The notes below the pieces were generated by a model. That model did not search any database. It had not been told where the DNA came from and worked only from the letters and a program-made list of their open reading frames with translations. A DNA stretch of 20,000 bases from Promethearchaeota archaeon. GTDB taxonomy: Archaea > Asgardarchaeota > Odinarchaeia > Odinarchaeales > JBHLKK01. The stretch is from positions 1-20,000 of the forward strand of contig JBHLPL010000023.1 in assembly GCA_048939465.1 (NCBI GenBank), read 5' to 3'. Made by a program: the position numbers and the translations under genes. Positions within the stretch are counted from its first letter, which is position 1, and every line of letters starts with the position of its first letter. Positions 16,209-20,000 of the stretch are shown here, one piece after another.

Positions 16209-16306
16209 AAAAGAACAACATGGGGATTTTGTTTATAAAGGTTGAATCCTTTGGCTCTATTCTCGCAGCAGACTTGTGGCCTCACTGGATTAACCCTCTT
16301 AGGCTC

Positions 16307-17623
16307 TCACTTTTTCTTCTCTATCTTCCCTCCAACGACTGATTCTTCACCTCTAAGTCGTCTTACCACAATAACTGCAACAACCCCGACAATTGCAGCG
16401 ACACATACGCCTACTGCCACGAGGTGAATTGGGAATGTCCCCCCTCCCTCTGGAATTCCCTGCGGCGGGAAAGGTGATGTCGTAACATAACATATCTCCC
16501 CCCATAACGGTCCGTGTAATCTCATGTAGACTACGTGCAGATAACCAGAAGCATCCACAGTCAATGAGGGATATATTTCATGCCTGTCATCTTCGGTTAT
16601 CTCCACGGCGGTTCCAAAGGATCCGGTCGCATTGCTGACATGATAAATCTCGAAATCACCACCATCAAGCTTCGGATAAACGATATGTATATCATCTGCA
16701 GGTCCTACTGCTATGGAGGGGGAGTACACCTCTCCGTAATCTATGACCACTGGCGTGTCAAAAGAGCCTTCACTGTTGTTCACATATAAGATATCAAAGG
16801 ACGTGGGTGTACTCAGATTTCTTCCCTGAAATACCATATGTGCTATGCCGTTTGAGTCAACACAAATAGATGCTTTGGAATTCTCTTCATCTGGACTCTC
16901 TACTAGAGTCGAATTGGGGAAATAAGCATCATTGCTATTTGTGTAAAGAATATCAACCTTATTCATGCTAATGTTCCCATAATAGACTATGTGGACATAT
17001 TCAGACCCATCCACCGTCAGTGAGGGGAATGTCTCGTTTATGTAGCTATTGTTTGATATTTGTATGGGTGCTCCGAAGGATCCTCCGCTATTGTTTACAT
17101 AAAGAACTCTGGTATGGCCACCGGTAGCACTCTCGTATGCTATGTGGATATGACCGGAGGAATCAGCACCGATCGATGGAGAAAAATCCCTAACGTTATT
17201 GGCTGTTATGTTTATCGGCGTTGAAAAAGATCCTCCGATGTTGTTTGTATAGAAGATCTCATAATCATTTTCAGGACTCTCATCAGTCCCACAATATGCT
17301 ATATGAATATTGTTCGCCGTGTCTGCCACGATAACCGGAAATATGCCTGATGGGCCTACTTCTATGTTTTCTAGACTGCCAGAATCATTGTAAATATAGA
17401 AAACTCCCACTGCTAAATCAAAACAGACTATATGTACATTTCCTAACGAATCTACAGTAATTGACCTATCAGAAATTGCCAAACTGCTGGTATTTCCGCT
17501 GATTACTTTAATCTGTTCACTCCATTGAGCGGGTTGCTGAACAGATTCAGAAACACCAATTATTGAGAAGAATAGAATGAATAACAATCCAAGAACTAAT
17601 TTCCTTTTCCGGTTAAGCACCAT
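16307..17623 (-). CDS. Secreted, membrane-anchored repeat protein (beta-propeller-like repeats)
   Basis: Signal peptide LVLGLLFILFFSIIGVSESV; repeated PSxxVDSxGxxHIVYxxN units; C-terminal TM helix VAVGVCVAAIVGVVAVIVV followed by a basic tail. Confidence 0.85.
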   Translation of the reverse strand: MVLNRKRKLVLGLLFILFFSIIGVSESVQQPAQWSEQIKVISGNTSSLAISDRSITVDSLGNVHIVCFDLAVGVFYIYNDSGSLENIEVGPSGIFPVIVADTANNIHIAYCGTDESPENDYEIFYTNNIGGSFSTPINITANNVRDFSPSIGADSSGHIHIAYESATGGHTRVLYVNNSGGSFGAPIQISNNSYINETFPSLTVDGSEYVHIVYYGNISMNKVDILYTNSNDAYFPNSTLVESPDEENSKASICVDSNGIAHMVFQGRNLSTPTSFDILYVNNSEGSFDTPVVIDYGEVYSPSIAVGPADDIHIVYPKLDGGDFEIYHVSNATGSFGTAVEITEDDRHEIYPSLTVDASGYLHVVYMRLHGPLWGEICYVTTSPFPPQGIPEGGGTFPIHLVAVGVCVAAIVGVVAVIVVRRLRGEESVVGGKIEKKK

Positions 17624-17749
17624 TCATGCTCTCCTCTCAATTGATCAAATCCACTTATCCGGAGATTCCAGTTTATGGGGATTCACCTATCAATACTCCA
17701 GTAATCAGTAAGAGGTAGATCATTCAACAAGCACGGAGCTTCGTCTCCA

Positions 17750-19195
17750 CTAGCTCTTCTTAGCCTCGGAAGCTTCCCGTCTCTCGGCTTTATCTATAAT
17801 GGCCTTGATATCTTTAACTATATCGCTATCGACGGGTTCGGGCTTGTGCTCCCTTAATATATTGGTGGCCTTCTCCCGAGCTCTTGTCAACAGGTCCTTA
17901 GAACCTTTCTTGGTCCAAGCAGCTACTGTATTTCTATCCATCAATGTGGGCAGCCAAAACTCTGTGTTAACAAACTTAAGTGTATGTTTGTGGCTGAGGA
18001 AATGACCTCCCGGCCCCACGTCTCTGACCACATCTGTCGCTAGTGTTTCATCATTGACTTCCATTCCCCTGGCGATTCTGTCGCACATGGCAGCAATTTC
18101 ATCATTGATCACAAGCATCTCAAGACTTCCAGTCATTGCAGATTCGATATATCCACAATCATGGACCAAGTTTGTGCCGCTTAATGTAGCCATTAACCCG
18201 CTCATGGTTGCCTCGGATATAGCTTGCCCGTCGACAACCTTGGAGTCCGTGACTCCACCAGTTCCAAAGAACGGGAGTTTATAAAACCGTGCGAGCTGTG
18301 CTCCTGCAGCATTTATGATTGCGAATTCTGGGGATCCGTATGATGCAATGGCTGTTCGCGGGTCAAAAATCATCGAAATATTCCCCCAGATATAGGGTGT
18401 TCCCTTTCTAACAAGTTCAGAAATCACCAACCCTGCCAGTATCTCGGCGTTTGATGCTGCCAGAGTTCCAGCCAAGGTAATGGGACCTGTAGATCCTGCA
18501 ACCATCAATGAACCATAAATTACTGGCAGTCCAGCTTTTGCGCATTCCACAACATTCTCGATGTAGATTTTGTCATGTTTCAAGGGAGCTGTCGGCTCAG
18601 AATACAGTGTTAGAAGAGGTTTCCTTCTGAGCTCTTCTTCTCCACCCATTATCAAAGAAGCTATTTTTATGGCATCTCTTGTGCTCTCAGGGCTGTAGGT
18701 GATTCCAACCATTGGTTTTTCAGAATTGAGTAATGTTTCGGAGATCTCATGAAGATCTTGGGCTCTTCCCTGATAGTCTAACGCACAACAGAACTGCTCA
18801 ACAAATTTCATATTTGGCAATCCATCTGCTAGCCTAGCTGCCTTTCCAATATAATCTTTCATAGCTGGTTTCCTGTCTCCTGCGATATCCATGAACTTCA
18901 CAGTAGTGGAACCCATTCCAAAGAAGACCCTGCCGTTTTCAAGCTTTATGTCATGCTTCGGCTCCCTTCCACATAACACAATCCGTTCCGGAGCTTTCTG
19001 TAATGCTTCTTTTACGAGGTATGAAGGTATTTTAACGATGTGATCTTTCTCGTCAACAATTGCTCCTGCATCCTTAAAGATTTTAATAGCTAAGTTGCTC
19101 CCAACAAACATACCAACTCGTTCCAATATCTCAAGAGTTGCTAGATGTATCTGGTATAGCTCGTCATCGTTGAGGATAGTTAATCTTGCTCGCAT
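17750..19195 (-). CDS. Trimethylamine methyltransferase (MttB) superfamily protein, non-pyrrolysine type
   Basis: 481-aa uninterrupted ORF: GRVFFGMGSTTVKFMDIAGDRKPA, CALDYQGRAQDLHEI, GPITLAGTLAASNAEILAGLV, GHFLSHKHTLKFVNTEFWLPTLMDR. Confidence 0.88.
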   Translation of the reverse strand: MRARLTILNDDELYQIHLATLEILERVGMFVGSNLAIKIFKDAGAIVDEKDHIVKIPSYLVKEALQKAPERIVLCGREPKHDIKLENGRVFFGMGSTTVKFMDIAGDRKPAMKDYIGKAARLADGLPNMKFVEQFCCALDYQGRAQDLHEISETLLNSEKPMVGITYSPESTRDAIKIASLIMGGEEELRRKPLLTLYSEPTAPLKHDKIYIENVVECAKAGLPVIYGSLMVAGSTGPITLAGTLAASNAEILAGLVISELVRKGTPYIWGNISMIFDPRTAIASYGSPEFAIINAAGAQLARFYKLPFFGTGGVTDSKVVDGQAISEATMSGLMATLSGTNLVHDCGYIESAMTGSLEMLVINDEIAAMCDRIARGMEVNDETLATDVVRDVGPGGHFLSHKHTLKFVNTEFWLPTLMDRNTVAAWTKKGSKDLLTRAREKATNILREHKPEPVDSDIVKDIKAIIDKAERREASEAKKS

Positions 19196-19277
19196 ATTAC
19201 CACCTTCTTCTACTCTCTCCCTGCAGATGTATTTGATGATTCTGTGGGCGGGAAGCAGCTCCTTCAGTCACTCTGCC

Positions 19278-20000
19278 TCAATCTACTTCGTCTGGAAATA
19301 CTTCCTTGAGTCTCCATATGCCGAAGTCCGAAATCGTCTTTTCGGTTTCCACAGGATTATACCATTGTTTCTTAGTGCCAACTTTTGCTCGCATTTTCCA
19401 TCTGAATCCTTTTGGCTCATTTTCTACGAAATGTAATAACTTTGATCCTTTCGCAATAATATCCTCTCTCTCAGGCCCGGAAAGGTTCAGCAGGAACTCA
19501 AGCGGTTCCTGTTTGGACGCCCACTCCTCGGCGTTTTCAAGCAAATCTATGATTCTTTTAAGATTTGTTGTGGCTGTATAATAGAAGCCCCAGTCTTTGG
19601 CAAACAGCTTAGCAACATAATTGCCGTTCACTGTTTCCTTTTCTGATTCACCTATGTCATGGGCTCGTAACAGAAGCAAAACATCTTTGATATCTTTTAG
19701 ACCGAAGGCCTCCCACATCTGGAGTTTTTCCAACAGCAGATCAGCAACAGTTATCGTCGGAGAATCCAGTTCTAATCTTTTACGAAAGTTGATTGGGTGA
19801 TTTGCGACCCTTAGTTCATCAAAAAACACATCAGTGAACCACCACAGCTTGTGGTGGAAGTAGATGTCCCTCTTGGAGATTGCCGAAGATAGTGTCGTTT
19901 TCCTCTTCATATAGTTAAAATTCTCCTTAAAGAAATCCTTCAATTTCTTACGGTATTTGCCATAGGACATAAAGTCCAAGTCGCTGAACTCTTGTTCCTC
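19278..20000 (-). CDS. Nucleotidyltransferase, AbiEii/AbiGii toxin-like family; 5' end lies outside the window
   Basis: The frame continues upstream of the listed TTG as EEQEFSDLDFMSYGKYRKKL, giving the typical (S)DLDF nucleotidyltransferase motif; RKRLELDSPTITVADLLLEKLQMWEAFGLKDIKDVLLLLRAH. Confidence 0.8.
   Translation of the reverse strand, partial: EEQEFSDLDFMSYGKYRKKLKDFFKENFNYMKRKTTLSSAISKRDIYFHHKLWWFTDVFFDELRVANHPINFRKRLELDSPTITVADLLLEKLQMWEAFGLKDIKDVLLLLRAHDIGESEKETVNGNYVAKLFAKDWGFYYTATTNLKRIIDLLENAEEWASKQEPLEFLLNLSGPEREDIIAKGSKLLHFVENEPKGFRWKMRAKVGTKKQWYNPVETEKTISDFGIWRLKEVFPDEVD

Noticed and set aside
1-20000. CRISPR arrays, transposons or phage genes
   Set aside because: No regularly spaced direct repeats, transposase motifs, terminal inverted repeats or phage structural proteins were recognised.

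Overview
This is an archaeal chromosomal window. Gene content (archaeal DnaG, PAN, TFE-alpha, V/A-ATPase subunit D, aNAC, Trm56, Taw2-like) suggests a TACK-type lineage, possibly Bathyarchaeia-like; that placement is inference. Most of the window is densely packed informational and housekeeping genes. The strongest result is in the gap between the aconitase and phosphopantetheine adenylyltransferase genes. (1) On the minus strand at ~2495-2346 there is what looks like a circularly permuted 5S rRNA gene. The canonical 3' half (AAGTTAAGC...GTACTAC...GTGGGAAAG...GATGCTGCTGG) comes before the canonical 5' half (CTGGCGGCCATAGG...GAAACACCCGTACCCATTAGAACACGG). A TTCG tetraloop joins them across helix I, and an 11-bp terminal stem closes the new ends, with a TATA box 28 nt upstream. 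(2) Downstream on the same strand (2209-2011) is a tRNA-Trp(CCA) gene that appears to carry three introns: 37/38, 46/47 and 59/60. A further structured RNA at ~4947-5190(-5240) has several features of RNase P RNA. Two other intergenic regions (8605-8740 and 10534-10917) look structured or otherwise unexplained. Everything here was read by eye. Covariance-model searches (Rfam/Infernal, tRNAscan-SE) and RNA-seq would be the decisive checks.
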